Shown here in pieces: positions 16,268 through 25,720 of a DNA stretch of 64,000 bases (position 1 is its first letter; each line of letters opens with the position of its first letter). A program made the translations under genes and the position numbers. Source of the stretch: Candidatus Rifleibacteriota bacterium (GTDB lineage: Bacteria > Muiribacteriota > Ozemobacteria > Ozemobacterales > Ozemobacteraceae); the NCBI GenBank assembly GCA_028689875.1, contig JAQVCG010000001.1, positions 3,557 through 67,556 of the forward strand. Reading direction: 5' to 3'. Under the pieces are notes generated by a model, which saw only the letters and a program-made list of their open reading frames with translations, was not told the origin of the DNA and searched no databases.

Positions 16268-17203
16268 ATGAGGCATATTTTGAATAAAATAATTAAAATA
16301 TCAACGATTTTTTGTCTGGTTACTTGTTTACTTTCATTTCAAAAAGCCACTGCCGAAGAATCATGGCAGCGAAGCGTTCCCGGCGAAGCTAAAATCGGCA
16401 ACAGCATTTCTATAAAACAAGAACATGTTGAAATGCACGTTCCATCGTCTTTAAGCGGTAGAGAAGTAAAAGACTTAAAAACAGTTTTCAGAGCAGACAT
16501 CTCGAAAATAGCCCGTTTCACTCACAGAGACAGCGATATTGATCTAAAGGGCAGATCGACGCGCATGAACATGGAATTTAAGAAAGACATCTTAGATTTT
16601 CAGATTTTTAAATCAAGACAAAATCAGAGCGGCGCAAGTTCTTGCATGGATTGCCACGGAGCTGAAATGCCCAGAACAATTGTTACGGCAGGAATTGAAA
16701 AAACAAAAGCTGAGGCTTCTCCTTATGCTATAAATGGTGCGGTTATTAAGTTGTTCAATGCTGAAGCAAATGCTTTTAGAGGAGAATTAAATCATTGGAT
16801 GAAAGATAATCTGATGCTGAAACTTGGCCTAAAAAATGGCACAATAGAACAAGGGAAATCTAAATTAGATGCTAACTCGTTTACTATTGGCTTAGGCGGA
16901 TATATTTCAAACAAAACCAGCTGGAGCGGCGAATTAAATATATCTAAAGTTGAAACCTATGAACAACGCAAAACCTTGATCGGCCGTCTGGACTATAAAC
17001 TATCTGAAGGGTTAAAAATAGTTGTCGGCGGCGGCGCATTCCTAGACGGCTATACTCAATTTGACACAGAATTTGCTGAAATGGGAATGCTAATAAATGG
17101 CGTAGTAAAAGACACTAATAAACTCCCTGATCTCTTTAATCGATTGAAGAATGATAGATTCGGCTATTGGAACATAGGTATAGAGTACGAAATCAAACTT
17201 TAA
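16268..17203 (+). CDS. Secreted protein with a single CXXCH heme-c motif and a beta-strand-rich C-terminal half (function unknown)
   Basis: 311 aa. Signal peptide MRHILNKIIKISTIFCLVTCLLSFQKATA/EE. CMDCH at residues 126-130 (nt 16643..16657). Alternating hydrophobic/polar segments (FTIGLGGYIS, WSGELNISK, LIGRLDYKL, LKIVVGGGAF, YWNIGIEYEIKL). 58 nt downstream of the heme operon. Confidence 0.7.
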   Translation: MRHILNKIIKISTIFCLVTCLLSFQKATAEESWQRSVPGEAKIGNSISIKQEHVEMHVPSSLSGREVKDLKTVFRADISKIARFTHRDSDIDLKGRSTRMNMEFKKDILDFQIFKSRQNQSGASSCMDCHGAEMPRTIVTAGIEKTKAEASPYAINGAVIKLFNAEANAFRGELNHWMKDNLMLKLGLKNGTIEQGKSKLDANSFTIGLGGYISNKTSWSGELNISKVETYEQRKTLIGRLDYKLSEGLKIVVGGGAFLDGYTQFDTEFAEMGMLINGVVKDTNKLPDLFNRLKNDRFGYWNIGIEYEIKL

Positions 17204-17214
17204 GAACACAGCGC

Positions 17215-17262
17215 AAAAAAGAACTCGGCGCCTGCAAAATTCTGCAAACGCCGAGTTTTTTA
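17215..17262. terminator. Bidirectional rho-independent terminator between 16268..17203 (+) and glgP (-)
   Basis: A-run 17215..17220, stem aactcggcg (17222..17230) / cgccgagtt (17249..17257), T-run 17256..17261. Confidence 0.8.
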
Positions 17263-17273
17263 TTTTACAAGGT

Positions 17274-19835
17274 TTACTTTGCCCAAGTAATATGACCGAT
17301 TAAGAAGGGGTGAATGAGGTCTTTATGGTTAGGCATAATTCTGACTGCCATGCCCATTTTGCCGCTCAATTTTAAAGGAACTGCACCTTTGAAAACGAAA
17401 CTATTACCTTCGTTTGAGTGACTTTCTAAGGTTACGATTTCGCCGTCAGAGAGTTCTCCGACTTCACCTACCATTAAGCCGTAAAAAACTTGAACTTTAA
17501 CATCTTCGGCAGCAAGACCGCCTAGACTTGCTTTAACTTCAACATCAAAGAAATCTCCGACCTTGTGTTCTTTTGATGTTTCGCCGTTGATACTTTCGAT
17601 TTTGATGCTCTTCCAAGAAGATCTGATTTTTTCAAGCCAAGCAGCAAGTTCTCTTGCACGCTGACGGTTACCTTCTGACAAAGCAAGATATCTGAGGTCG
17701 CCGGGCACGTAAAATCTGTCTGTGTATTCGGCAACCATTCTGTTGGTATTGAATACAGGATTGATTTCTTTCATGCACTGCTTCATCATTTTGATCCATT
17801 GTCTCGGAAGTCCGTCTTTTGCCAAATCATAGAATTTCGGAGCGACTTCTTTTTCAAGCAGTTCATAAAGAGAGTTAGATTCAATTTCATCTTGATAATC
17901 AAGATTTTCGTATTCTTCTCTTGTTCCGATTGCCCAACCGACATTTTGGTTATATGCTTCGTCCCACCAACCATCAAGGATTGAAAGGTTGAGTGCGCCG
18001 TTTGCAGAAGCTTTCATTCCTGAAGTGCCACTGGCTTCTTGAGGGCGTCTGGGGTTATTAAGCCAAACATCGACGCCCTGAACAAGGTATCTTGCTACCA
18101 CAACGTCGTAGTCTTCTATGAATACGATATGTCTTCGCAATCTTTCATCGTTGCTTTGTTTAATAATTTCTTTAATGAAATTTTTGCCCGGCTCATCTTT
18201 TGGGTGAGCTTTTCCGGCTACAACAAGCTGAATAGGTCTTTCGGGATTGCACAATATTTTAATTAAGCGTTCTTTATCTTTAAATAAAAGGGTTGCGCGC
18301 TTATATGTTGCAAATCTTCGTGCAAAACCTATGGTTAAGTATTCAGGATTGAGAACTTCTTGTGCGCGGGCTATTTCAGATGGCGGAGCATTGCGAGCTT
18401 TCAACTGCATTTCGAGTCTCATTCTTGCGAATGCTACAAGTCTTTCGCGTCTGCGTTCGTGTGTTCTCCAAAGCTCTTCCATGGGCATCAAATCAATTTT
18501 TTCCCATACGGTCTGATCGCCGGGGTTAGCGACCCAGCGTGGTCCCAAGTATCTGTCAAACAATGCAGACATTTCTGTCGAGACATAAGATCTTGTGTGA
18601 ACACCGTTGGTAATTGAATCTATAGGAATTTCTTTAAATGGCACTTCGGGGTACAAATCGCCCCACATTTTTCTTGAAACGGCACCATGCAGTTTGCTAA
18701 CGCCGTTGGCTTCTCCGCAAAGGTTTAGAGCGCAAACAGCCATTGAAAAGCCGTTGCCTTTGGGAGTGTTATCTTGCCAACCGAGGTTAAGAAATTCTTG
18801 CCAGCTGATTTGCAGTTTAGAATAATACTGTGAAAAATATTTTTCCATCAATTCTCTTGAGAATACGTCGATGCCCGCGGGAACCGGTGTATGGGTTGTA
18901 AACACGTTACCGGCGCGTGTAAGCTCAAGCGCTTCTCTGAAAGACATTTGGTGTCTATCCATTGAAACTGCGATTCTTTCGAGGGCCAAAAATGCACTGT
19001 GCCCTTCGTTCATGTGGTAAACTCTCGGGTGAATGTTCAAAGTATGCAGAGCTCTCAAACCGCCGATTCCAAGAACAATTTCCTGCATAATTCTTGTTTC
19101 GGTGTCGCCACCGTAAAGCTCTCTAGTGATCCAACGGTCACCGGCAGAGTTTTCGGGGGTATCGGTATCTAATAAATAAAGAGGGACTCTTCCTATTTGA
19201 AGCTTCCACAATAAGCAATGCAGAACTCTTCCGGGAAGATCTACTGTTACTCTTGAGTGATTACCGTTTGCGTCAAGCATCGGTGTTATAGGCATGTTAT
19301 AAAAATCGTTTTCGGGATAAACTTCCTGCTGGTAACCACCGGCATTAAGTTTTTGTTTGAAATATCCGACTCTGTAAAGCATGCCAACAGCCACGAGAGG
19401 AATACCTAAATCAGAAGCTGACTTTAAGTGGTCTCCTGCGAGCATTCCCAAACCGCCGGAATAAAGTCTTACGCTTTCTGTTAAACCAAACTCGGCAGAA
19501 AAATAAGCTACAACAGGCACGTCTCTGTGTCCGTGTTTCTTATCAAACCAAGTTTGTTTTTCATTCATGTAATCGGTAAAGTTTTCATAAACTCGTTCTA
19601 AATTGGCTAAAAAGGCATCGTCTTTTGCTTTTTCTTCAAGTCTTTTTTGAGAGATAGTGCCCAATATTTTTACTGGGTTATGGTATGTTTCATCCCATAA
19701 CACGGGGTCAAGACGGCGCCACAAAGCAATAGCTTCAGGATTCCAGCACCACCAAAGGTTATATGCCAATTCCTTGAGAGGAAGAAGGGACTCCGGAAGG
19801 CTAGGAGCTACTGTAAAAGTTCGAATAGGCTTCAT
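17274..19835 (-). CDS. glgP: Alpha-glucan (glycogen/maltodextrin) phosphorylase, GT35
   Basis: MKPIRTFTVAPSLPESLLPLKELAYNLWWCWNPEA is the N-terminus typical of the alpha-glucan phosphorylase family. PLP-Lys block EASGTSGMKASANG. Start set at ATG 19835, which has a perfect AGGAGG SD (complement of 19848..19853), not the track's 19898. Confidence 0.9.
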   Translation of the reverse strand: MKPIRTFTVAPSLPESLLPLKELAYNLWWCWNPEAIALWRRLDPVLWDETYHNPVKILGTISQKRLEEKAKDDAFLANLERVYENFTDYMNEKQTWFDKKHGHRDVPVVAYFSAEFGLTESVRLYSGGLGMLAGDHLKSASDLGIPLVAVGMLYRVGYFKQKLNAGGYQQEVYPENDFYNMPITPMLDANGNHSRVTVDLPGRVLHCLLWKLQIGRVPLYLLDTDTPENSAGDRWITRELYGGDTETRIMQEIVLGIGGLRALHTLNIHPRVYHMNEGHSAFLALERIAVSMDRHQMSFREALELTRAGNVFTTHTPVPAGIDVFSRELMEKYFSQYYSKLQISWQEFLNLGWQDNTPKGNGFSMAVCALNLCGEANGVSKLHGAVSRKMWGDLYPEVPFKEIPIDSITNGVHTRSYVSTEMSALFDRYLGPRWVANPGDQTVWEKIDLMPMEELWRTHERRRERLVAFARMRLEMQLKARNAPPSEIARAQEVLNPEYLTIGFARRFATYKRATLLFKDKERLIKILCNPERPIQLVVAGKAHPKDEPGKNFIKEIIKQSNDERLRRHIVFIEDYDVVVARYLVQGVDVWLNNPRRPQEASGTSGMKASANGALNLSILDGWWDEAYNQNVGWAIGTREEYENLDYQDEIESNSLYELLEKEVAPKFYDLAKDGLPRQWIKMMKQCMKEINPVFNTNRMVAEYTDRFYVPGDLRYLALSEGNRQRARELAAWLEKIRSSWKSIKIESINGETSKEHKVGDFFDVEVKASLGGLAAEDVKVQVFYGLMVGEVGELSDGEIVTLESHSNEGNSFVFKGAVPLKLSGKMGMAVRIMPNHKDLIHPFLIGHITWAK

Positions 19836-20025
19836 TAAAAGATATGGCCTCCTAATTAAAAATGTGACAGTGAACAATACCATTTTCGGCAACATCATAG
19901 CAAGTATAAAGATATTTTATTTTGGGCAAAAAATTAAAAAATGGTAGCCAAAATACCGATTGACAAGTATAATTGTTCGAAATTAGTCTTGATACACACA
20001 ATAAAAGAAGGAAAAGGAGGGCGAG

Positions 20026-20883
20026 ATGCTTAAAAAGCTCACCCAGTTCTATTACCCCAAAACAGTTGAAGAGGCTTGTTTACAATTGGCTAATGCCAAA
20101 GAAAAAACATCAGTGCTAGCTGGTGGCACTTCAGAGGCTCTAAGAAACGATTCGACCATAGAAGCTTTGGTTGATATATCAAAAATCAAAGAATTGTCTT
20201 ATGTAAAAAGTGATTCATCTTCAATAGCTATTGGCGCAGCAACCCCCGTTCAAGACATTTATAAATCAGATTTATCGGGAGTTTCAGGTGAACTTCTCAA
20301 AACAGCCGCCGGCAAAATTGGCTCTACTTTATTAAGAAATGCAATCACTGCAGGTGGCAACCTCGTGGCACTTTTTCCTTGGTCTGACCTTCCGGCAGCC
20401 TATATGGTTCTTGACGCAGAAGTTGTATGCCGCAAAGGAAAACCGAAACGCACTGTTCCGGTAATCAATCTAATAAACTCTAAACCCGCCGCTTTTTTAG
20501 ATAAAGGCGAAATAGTTGCAGAAATCAAAGTGCCTGTTTTCAAAAAAGGCACCGGTGCGTCTTTTGCAAAAATGAGCAAAACATCAAACGACTATTCTTT
20601 GATAACTGTTGCAAGCCGCATAACCATTGCCGATGGCAAAATTAAAGAAGCACGTTTGGCTATAAATGCAATCACTGCTCAACCGGTAAGATGCGAAGAA
20701 GCAGAAAAACTTTTGACAAGCAAAAAGCCCAGTGCAGAACTAATTGCAGAAGCTGCTAAAAAAGCCGTTGCCGGTCTTAAAATTCGCAAAGATTATCGTG
20801 CAACAGAAGAATATAGAAAAGAAGTTTGTGAAGTAATGATTCGCAGAAGCCTCGAAGAATCAATCGCAAAAGCGGGTAAATAA
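20026..20883 (+). CDS. Molybdenum hydroxylase FAD-binding subunit (CoxM/XdhB-like)
   Basis: 285 aa. FYYPKTVEEA...VLAGGTSE FAD_binding_5 start, AITAGGNL, and C-terminal DYRATEEYRKEV (CO_deh_flav_C). AAGGAGGG SD. Confidence 0.85.
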   Translation: MLKKLTQFYYPKTVEEACLQLANAKEKTSVLAGGTSEALRNDSTIEALVDISKIKELSYVKSDSSSIAIGAATPVQDIYKSDLSGVSGELLKTAAGKIGSTLLRNAITAGGNLVALFPWSDLPAAYMVLDAEVVCRKGKPKRTVPVINLINSKPAAFLDKGEIVAEIKVPVFKKGTGASFAKMSKTSNDYSLITVASRITIADGKIKEARLAINAITAQPVRCEEAEKLLTSKKPSAELIAEAAKKAVAGLKIRKDYRATEEYRKEVCEVMIRRSLEESIAKAGK

Positions 20884-20893
20884 GGAAATTAGA

Positions 20894-21373
20894 ATGAAAC
20901 TTAATGTAAAAATAAATGGAAAAAAGTTTGATTTAGAAGTTAATCCCAATGCAATGTTAATCGACGTTCTTCGCGATGCCGGTTTTAAAAGCGTAAAAAG
21001 CGGCTGCAACGAAGGAAGTTGTGGCGCTTGTGCCGTAATGATAGACGGAAGACCAAAAAATTCATGCATTGTTCTCGCCGGACAGGTTCAAAACTCAGAA
21101 ATCCTAACGGCTGAAGGTTTAGGGAATCCCGAAACCCCTCATATTCTGCAAAAATCTTTTGTTGACCATGGTGCAACCCAGTGCGGTTATTGCAATCCCG
21201 GTTCTTTGATTTCTGCCAAGGCTTTGTTGGATAGAAACCCGAAGCCGACAGAAGCAGACGTAAAAGATGCCCTTGATGGCAATCTTTGTCGCTGCACCGG
21301 TTATGTAAAACGCATAGAAGCAGTTCTTGATTCTGCCAAAATTATACAGAAAGGCACCAAAGGAAATAAATAA
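20894..21373 (+). CDS. Molybdenum hydroxylase [2Fe-2S] subunit (CoxS/XdhC-small-like)
   Basis: 159 aa. Two cluster motifs, GCNEGSCGACAV...C and QCGYCNPG...CRCTGY. Confidence 0.92.
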   Translation: MKLNVKINGKKFDLEVNPNAMLIDVLRDAGFKSVKSGCNEGSCGACAVMIDGRPKNSCIVLAGQVQNSEILTAEGLGNPETPHILQKSFVDHGATQCGYCNPGSLISAKALLDRNPKPTEADVKDALDGNLCRCTGYVKRIEAVLDSAKIIQKGTKGNK

Positions 21374-23904
21374 TGGCTAAAACAACAAAAAAAGAAACCG
21401 TTAAAAAAGCAGCCCCCAAAAAAGCAACTGTTACGGCAAAAAAGCCGGCTGTAAAAAAAGCCAGTGCCCCAAAAGCCGCCGCTAAGACAAAGGCAGCTCT
21501 CGAAAGTGCTATTCCTGAATCACCCCTTGTATTCGAAAGACCCGAAAAATTCGAACAAGTTAAGCACTCATTAGAAAAAGTTGATGCTCTTGGGTTGGTA
21601 TGTGGAACTCAAAAATATGTTGGCGACATTGATATGCCTAATCTTCTTCATGTTAAAGTATTAGGAAGCCCTCATGCTCATGCTCGCATCAAAAAGATTG
21701 ACACCGGTGATGCACTAAAATTGCCGGGCGTTGTAGCTGTATACACATACAAAGATGTTCCAAGAGTACCAAGAACCACTGCAGGCCAAGGTTGGCCTGA
21801 ACCTTCTCCATACGACACTTACCTCTTAGACAGCAAAGTCAGATTTGTTGGCGACAGAGTTGCAATCGTTGCAGCAGAAACAATCGAAGCAGCAGAAGAA
21901 GCTTGCAAGAAAATCAAAGTGGATTACGAAGTTCTTGAAGCCGTTTTTGATCCTGAAAAAGCCATGGATAAAGGCGCACCTGTCATTCACGACGAAAAAG
22001 ATGCTTATGTCCCAATTCCTATATTCTATGATAAATCACGCAACCACGCTTCACACGTTGAAACAAAAGTAGGCGATGTGGAAAAAGGCTATAAAGAAGC
22101 TGACGTCGTATTAGAAAAAAAGTTCTATCCTCATTATGCACAGCATTGCCCAATTGAACCTCATATTTGCATGGCATGGCTTGACGAAAATGATCGTCTT
22201 GTTTTGAGAACATCTACTCAGGTTCCTTTCCACGCACGCAGAATTACAGCTCAAACTCTTCAGATTCCCATAAAGAAAATCAGAGTTATTAAACCCAGAA
22301 TTGGTGGAGCATTTGGCACTAAACAGGAAGTTCTTTTAGAAGACATTTGCGGTCTTGTAACTTTAAGAACTCGCAGACCTTGCAAACTAGCTCTTACACG
22401 AAGCGAAGAATTCATGTCATCGCGAACAAGACACCCCATGGTTGTTAAAATCAAAATGGGCGCTAAAAAAGACGGCACAATTACTGCCCTATCAATGCGC
22501 ATCATCAGCAACACAGGAGCATACGGGTCTCATGCTTTGACCGTATTAAGCAACTGCGGTTCTAAAGTTCTTCCTCTTTACAGAGCTAACAACATTGAGT
22601 TTGTTGGCGACACAGTATATACAAACCTGCCCGTTGGCGGTGCTTATCGCGGATACGGAGCTACCCAGGCTTGTTTCGGGACCGAAAGCTTAATGGATGA
22701 CATGGCCGAAGCCATTGGCATGGACCCCATTAAGTTCAGGCAGAAGAACCACATCGTCGAAGGCGAATCTTCACCAATCTTTAAAGCCTTAGGTGAAGGC
22801 CGCGAAGGGGTCGATATGGCAATAGGTTCATGCGGATTGGCAGAATGCATAACCAAAGGCATGAAGTTAATTGATTGGAAAAAGAAATATGGCAAAAAAG
22901 GCACCGGCACCAAACGCCGCGGTCTTGGCATGTGCTGCCTAATGCAGGGAAGCTCTATTCCGGAAATTGATATGGGCTCCGTTTTCATCAAAATGAATGA
23001 AGATGGCTCATTCAACATGCTCTTAGGCGCAACCGACTTAGGAACCGGTTCTGACACTGTTATGGCACAGATTGCAGCTGAAACATTGGGTTGCAAACAC
23101 ACTGACCTGATTGTTTACAGTTCAGATACAGACATGACACCCTTTGACGTGGGCGCTTATGCTTCTTCTACAACCTATCTTACTGGTGGTGCCGTAATTA
23201 CAACCGCTAAAAAAGTGCGCGACCAAATTATTGCAGTTGCAGCTCTCAAAATGGGCGAAAAGCCCGAAGACATCACCATTAAAGATGGTATTTGCTACGG
23301 AAAAGGCAAAAAGAACAAAGTAACATTTGGCGATGTTTCAAGATATTCGCTTTACGAAAACAAGCAGTTCCAAATCGGTGCTATCGGAAGCCACATAAGT
23401 CACGCTTCTCCTCCTCCGTTTGCAGCTCATTTCGCAGAAGTTGAAGTTGACACCGAAACAGGCGAAGTTAAGCTGTTAAGCTATGTAGCCGGAGTTGACT
23501 GCGGCACTGCAATTAACCCCCAGTTGGCTGATGGCCAGACTCAGGGCGCTTGTATGAACGGTATCAGCTTTGCACTTACCGAAGAATACATATTCGATAA
23601 CGGCAAAATGCTAAACTCAACTTTTGGCAATTACAAAATTTGGGGAACCAAAGACATGCCCAATCTTCAGACTTTCTTAGTTGACTCTTATGAAAACACC
23701 GGCCCTTATGGTGCTAAGAGCGTAAGTGAAATAAGCATAAACGGCGGTCTTCCTGCCATCGCCAACGCAATCAAAAACGCTGTCGGCGTTCGCTTGACTC
23801 GCCCCCCATTCACTGCTGAAAAAGTATTGAAAGCAATGAAAGAGCTAAAAGCCCCTAAAGTTGAAGCCCCAAAAGCAGCTGCTAAAAAAGGCAAAAAGAA
23901 ATAA
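21373..23904 (+). CDS. Molybdopterin-binding large subunit of the xanthine dehydrogenase/aldehyde oxidoreductase family, with Lys/Ala/Pro-rich N- and C-terminal tails
   Basis: 843 aa. IGGAFGTK, GGAYRGYGATQ and GPYGAKSVSE blocks typical of the family. The start ATG overlaps the small-subunit stop (TAATG). Tails described in findings. Confidence 0.9.
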   Translation: MAKTTKKETVKKAAPKKATVTAKKPAVKKASAPKAAAKTKAALESAIPESPLVFERPEKFEQVKHSLEKVDALGLVCGTQKYVGDIDMPNLLHVKVLGSPHAHARIKKIDTGDALKLPGVVAVYTYKDVPRVPRTTAGQGWPEPSPYDTYLLDSKVRFVGDRVAIVAAETIEAAEEACKKIKVDYEVLEAVFDPEKAMDKGAPVIHDEKDAYVPIPIFYDKSRNHASHVETKVGDVEKGYKEADVVLEKKFYPHYAQHCPIEPHICMAWLDENDRLVLRTSTQVPFHARRITAQTLQIPIKKIRVIKPRIGGAFGTKQEVLLEDICGLVTLRTRRPCKLALTRSEEFMSSRTRHPMVVKIKMGAKKDGTITALSMRIISNTGAYGSHALTVLSNCGSKVLPLYRANNIEFVGDTVYTNLPVGGAYRGYGATQACFGTESLMDDMAEAIGMDPIKFRQKNHIVEGESSPIFKALGEGREGVDMAIGSCGLAECITKGMKLIDWKKKYGKKGTGTKRRGLGMCCLMQGSSIPEIDMGSVFIKMNEDGSFNMLLGATDLGTGSDTVMAQIAAETLGCKHTDLIVYSSDTDMTPFDVGAYASSTTYLTGGAVITTAKKVRDQIIAVAALKMGEKPEDITIKDGICYGKGKKNKVTFGDVSRYSLYENKQFQIGAIGSHISHASPPPFAAHFAEVEVDTETGEVKLLSYVAGVDCGTAINPQLADGQTQGACMNGISFALTEEYIFDNGKMLNSTFGNYKIWGTKDMPNLQTFLVDSYENTGPYGAKSVSEISINGGLPAIANAIKNAVGVRLTRPPFTAEKVLKAMKELKAPKVEAPKAAAKKGKKK

Positions 23905-23917
23905 ATAAATAAGTAGC

Positions 23918-23952
23918 AAAACGCCTCATATTTAATTTTGAGGCGTTTTTTT
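23918..23952. terminator. Bidirectional rho-independent terminator between the Mo-hydroxylase operon (+) and the ABC-F gene (-)
   Basis: Stem aaacgcctca (23918..23927) / tgaggcgttt (23939..23948), T-run to 23952. Confidence 0.85.
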
Positions 23953-23955
23953 ATT

Positions 23956-25563
23956 TCAATCAAGCTCTAAGACGTTTTCGGCTAGCTTTTCAACAAAATA
24001 TCTGTCATGCGAAACGAAAATCAAGGTTCCGTCATAATTATCAAGGGCCGCCTCTAACGCCTCTCTTGCTTCTATTTCAAGGTGGTTTGTAGGCTCGTCT
24101 AGCACAAGCACATCAGGCGAGTCAAACAATAACGAAGCTAATAATGTTTTGCTTTTTTCACCGGAGCTTATTTCACTTGTCTTTTTTAATACAGCATCTT
24201 TTTCGAGACGCAAGCAGCCTAGAATCGTTCTAGCTCTTGATTCTTCAGGCAACCGCCCTTTTAAAACGCTTTCTAATACAGTTTCTTGAGGATTGAGCAA
24301 TTCTAATTCCTGAGAATAATAACCTATTGATGCTTGCAAAGCCCAAGAATAAGTGCCTGAATCAGGTCTTTCTATTCCCATGAGCATTTTAAGCAAAGTA
24401 CTTTTTCCGCTGCCGTTTGGCCCTGTTATTGCCAGCCGTTCTCTGTTTGAGACAATCAGTGAGAATTTGTCAAAAAGTATATTGTCGTCATATTTTTTAC
24501 TGATTTTTTCAATTTTTAAAACAGTGTTATTTCTTAATTCATTCTGCGCAAAACTCAGCGAGCGTTTTTTCTCAATAAAAGGTTTTATTTTATCAGACTG
24601 TTCTATCATTTTTCCAAGGCGCAGGCTCATTGCATTAGCTGCACGCTGTTTATTTTGAGTTCTGAGAAGACCTTTACCTGACCCTGCGTCGCGTTTGCAT
24701 ATTTTTTTGTTTTTACCAAAGCTTCTTTTCGGCTTAAAGTTTTCCATTCTATTAGCTTCTGTGCGTGTTTTATCTACAGCATTCTCAAGTTTTGATATGT
24801 GTTTTTCAAGCTGCTTAGAGGTTTCTAGGGCACGCAAAAATGTTTCGTTTTTTGATTTTTTATAATCGGAGTAATTACCGGTATAAATATTTATCTTTTT
24901 GTCTTTAATTTCCCACATCTCTTTGCAGCATGCATCTAAAAATCTTCTGTCATGACTAACAATCAAGTAAGCGGTATTTGATTCCCCTAAAAACCCTTCA
25001 AGCCATGTAAGAGTATCTGTATCAAGATGGTTTGTGGGTTCATCTAATATTAAAATATCAGGATTTTTGATTAAAAGGCGTAACAAAGCAACTTTTGTTT
25101 TTTCTCCGCCACTTAATAATTGCATTTTGCCATTCAAATCACAGTATTCAAGACCCATTAGAGATGTTTTTTTATAGATCTCAGTTTCTATTGAAAAGCC
25201 TTCTTTTTCGCTATATTCAGTATATAAATTTGCTAAAATAACACCTTCTGTTTCTGACAATTCACTTTTAGACTCAAGCAAAAAGATTTTCTCATAAATT
25301 TGCGCCAAGTTACTATAATCACTCAAGACATAACTTTTAATGCTTTGGTTTTCTGCAAAAACTATCTCTTGGCTGAGATATCCAATTATTACATTTTCAG
25401 CATTATTTTGTATTAATTTTAGCAGAGTCGTTTTTCCACTGCCATTTGAGCCAACAACACCGATTTTTGCACCTGAATAAATTGAAAAAGAAATGCCTGC
25501 AAAGACTTCTTCAGGAGAGCCGGGGTAAGAAAAATGCACATTTGAACCATTAACCAACAACAT
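23956..25563 (-). CDS. ABC-F family ATPase (two tandem ABC domains, no membrane domain)
   Basis: Walker A GSNGSGKTT and GPNGSGKST. Signatures LSGGEKTKV and ISSGEKSKT. Walker B ILILDEPTNHLD and VLVLDEPTNHLE. Basic inter-domain linker. Start set to ATG 25563 (GGAGG SD just upstream, MLLVNGSNVHFSYPG). The track's 25659 start adds an implausible hydrophobic extension. Confidence 0.9.
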   Translation of the reverse strand: MLLVNGSNVHFSYPGSPEEVFAGISFSIYSGAKIGVVGSNGSGKTTLLKLIQNNAENVIIGYLSQEIVFAENQSIKSYVLSDYSNLAQIYEKIFLLESKSELSETEGVILANLYTEYSEKEGFSIETEIYKKTSLMGLEYCDLNGKMQLLSGGEKTKVALLRLLIKNPDILILDEPTNHLDTDTLTWLEGFLGESNTAYLIVSHDRRFLDACCKEMWEIKDKKINIYTGNYSDYKKSKNETFLRALETSKQLEKHISKLENAVDKTRTEANRMENFKPKRSFGKNKKICKRDAGSGKGLLRTQNKQRAANAMSLRLGKMIEQSDKIKPFIEKKRSLSFAQNELRNNTVLKIEKISKKYDDNILFDKFSLIVSNRERLAITGPNGSGKSTLLKMLMGIERPDSGTYSWALQASIGYYSQELELLNPQETVLESVLKGRLPEESRARTILGCLRLEKDAVLKKTSEISSGEKSKTLLASLLFDSPDVLVLDEPTNHLEIEAREALEAALDNYDGTLIFVSHDRYFVEKLAENVLELD

Positions 25564-25691
25564 AATTGCCTCCAAAAACACAACCGCAAAAAGGGGTATC
25601 AAACAAAAAAATATAAATAAATAAGGCAACTTGATTATTTCATAAAAACAAATTATCAATAGCTATAAAAAAAGTCAACCCGATAAAAATA

Positions 25692-25700
25692 TGGTATAAT
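25692..25700 (+). promoter_or_regulatory. Candidate extended -10 promoter element upstream of the TPR/HEAT gene
   Basis: TGgTATAAT at 25692..25700, 20 nt upstream of ATG 25721. No convincing -35. Confidence 0.4.
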
Positions 25701-25720
25701 CCTATGTAATTTGCCTTATT

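Noticed and set aside
19836-19898. 21-codon N-terminal extension of glgP (MMLPKMVLFTVTFLIRRPYLL).
   Set aside because: A perfect AGGAGG SD lies inside the extension and serves ATG 19835. MKPIRTFTV... is the family-typical N-terminus.
19960-19973. TTGACA and TATAAT hexamers upstream of the Mo-hydroxylase operon.
   Set aside because: They are separated by only 2 nt and cannot form one promoter. Each alone lacks a good partner element at 16-18 nt. I left this uncalled.
19974-19990. GTTCGAAAT, which resembles a tRNA T-arm (GTTCGAATC).
   Set aside because: No complementary acceptor or anticodon stems can be drawn in the flanking ~70 nt, and the region is an AT-rich promoter spacer.
25564-25659. 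32-codon hydrophobic N-terminal extension of the ABC-F gene, suggesting a membrane anchor.
   Set aside because: A GGAGG SD directly precedes ATG 25563. ABC-F proteins are soluble and begin a few residues before the first beta-strand (MLLVNGSNVHFSY).
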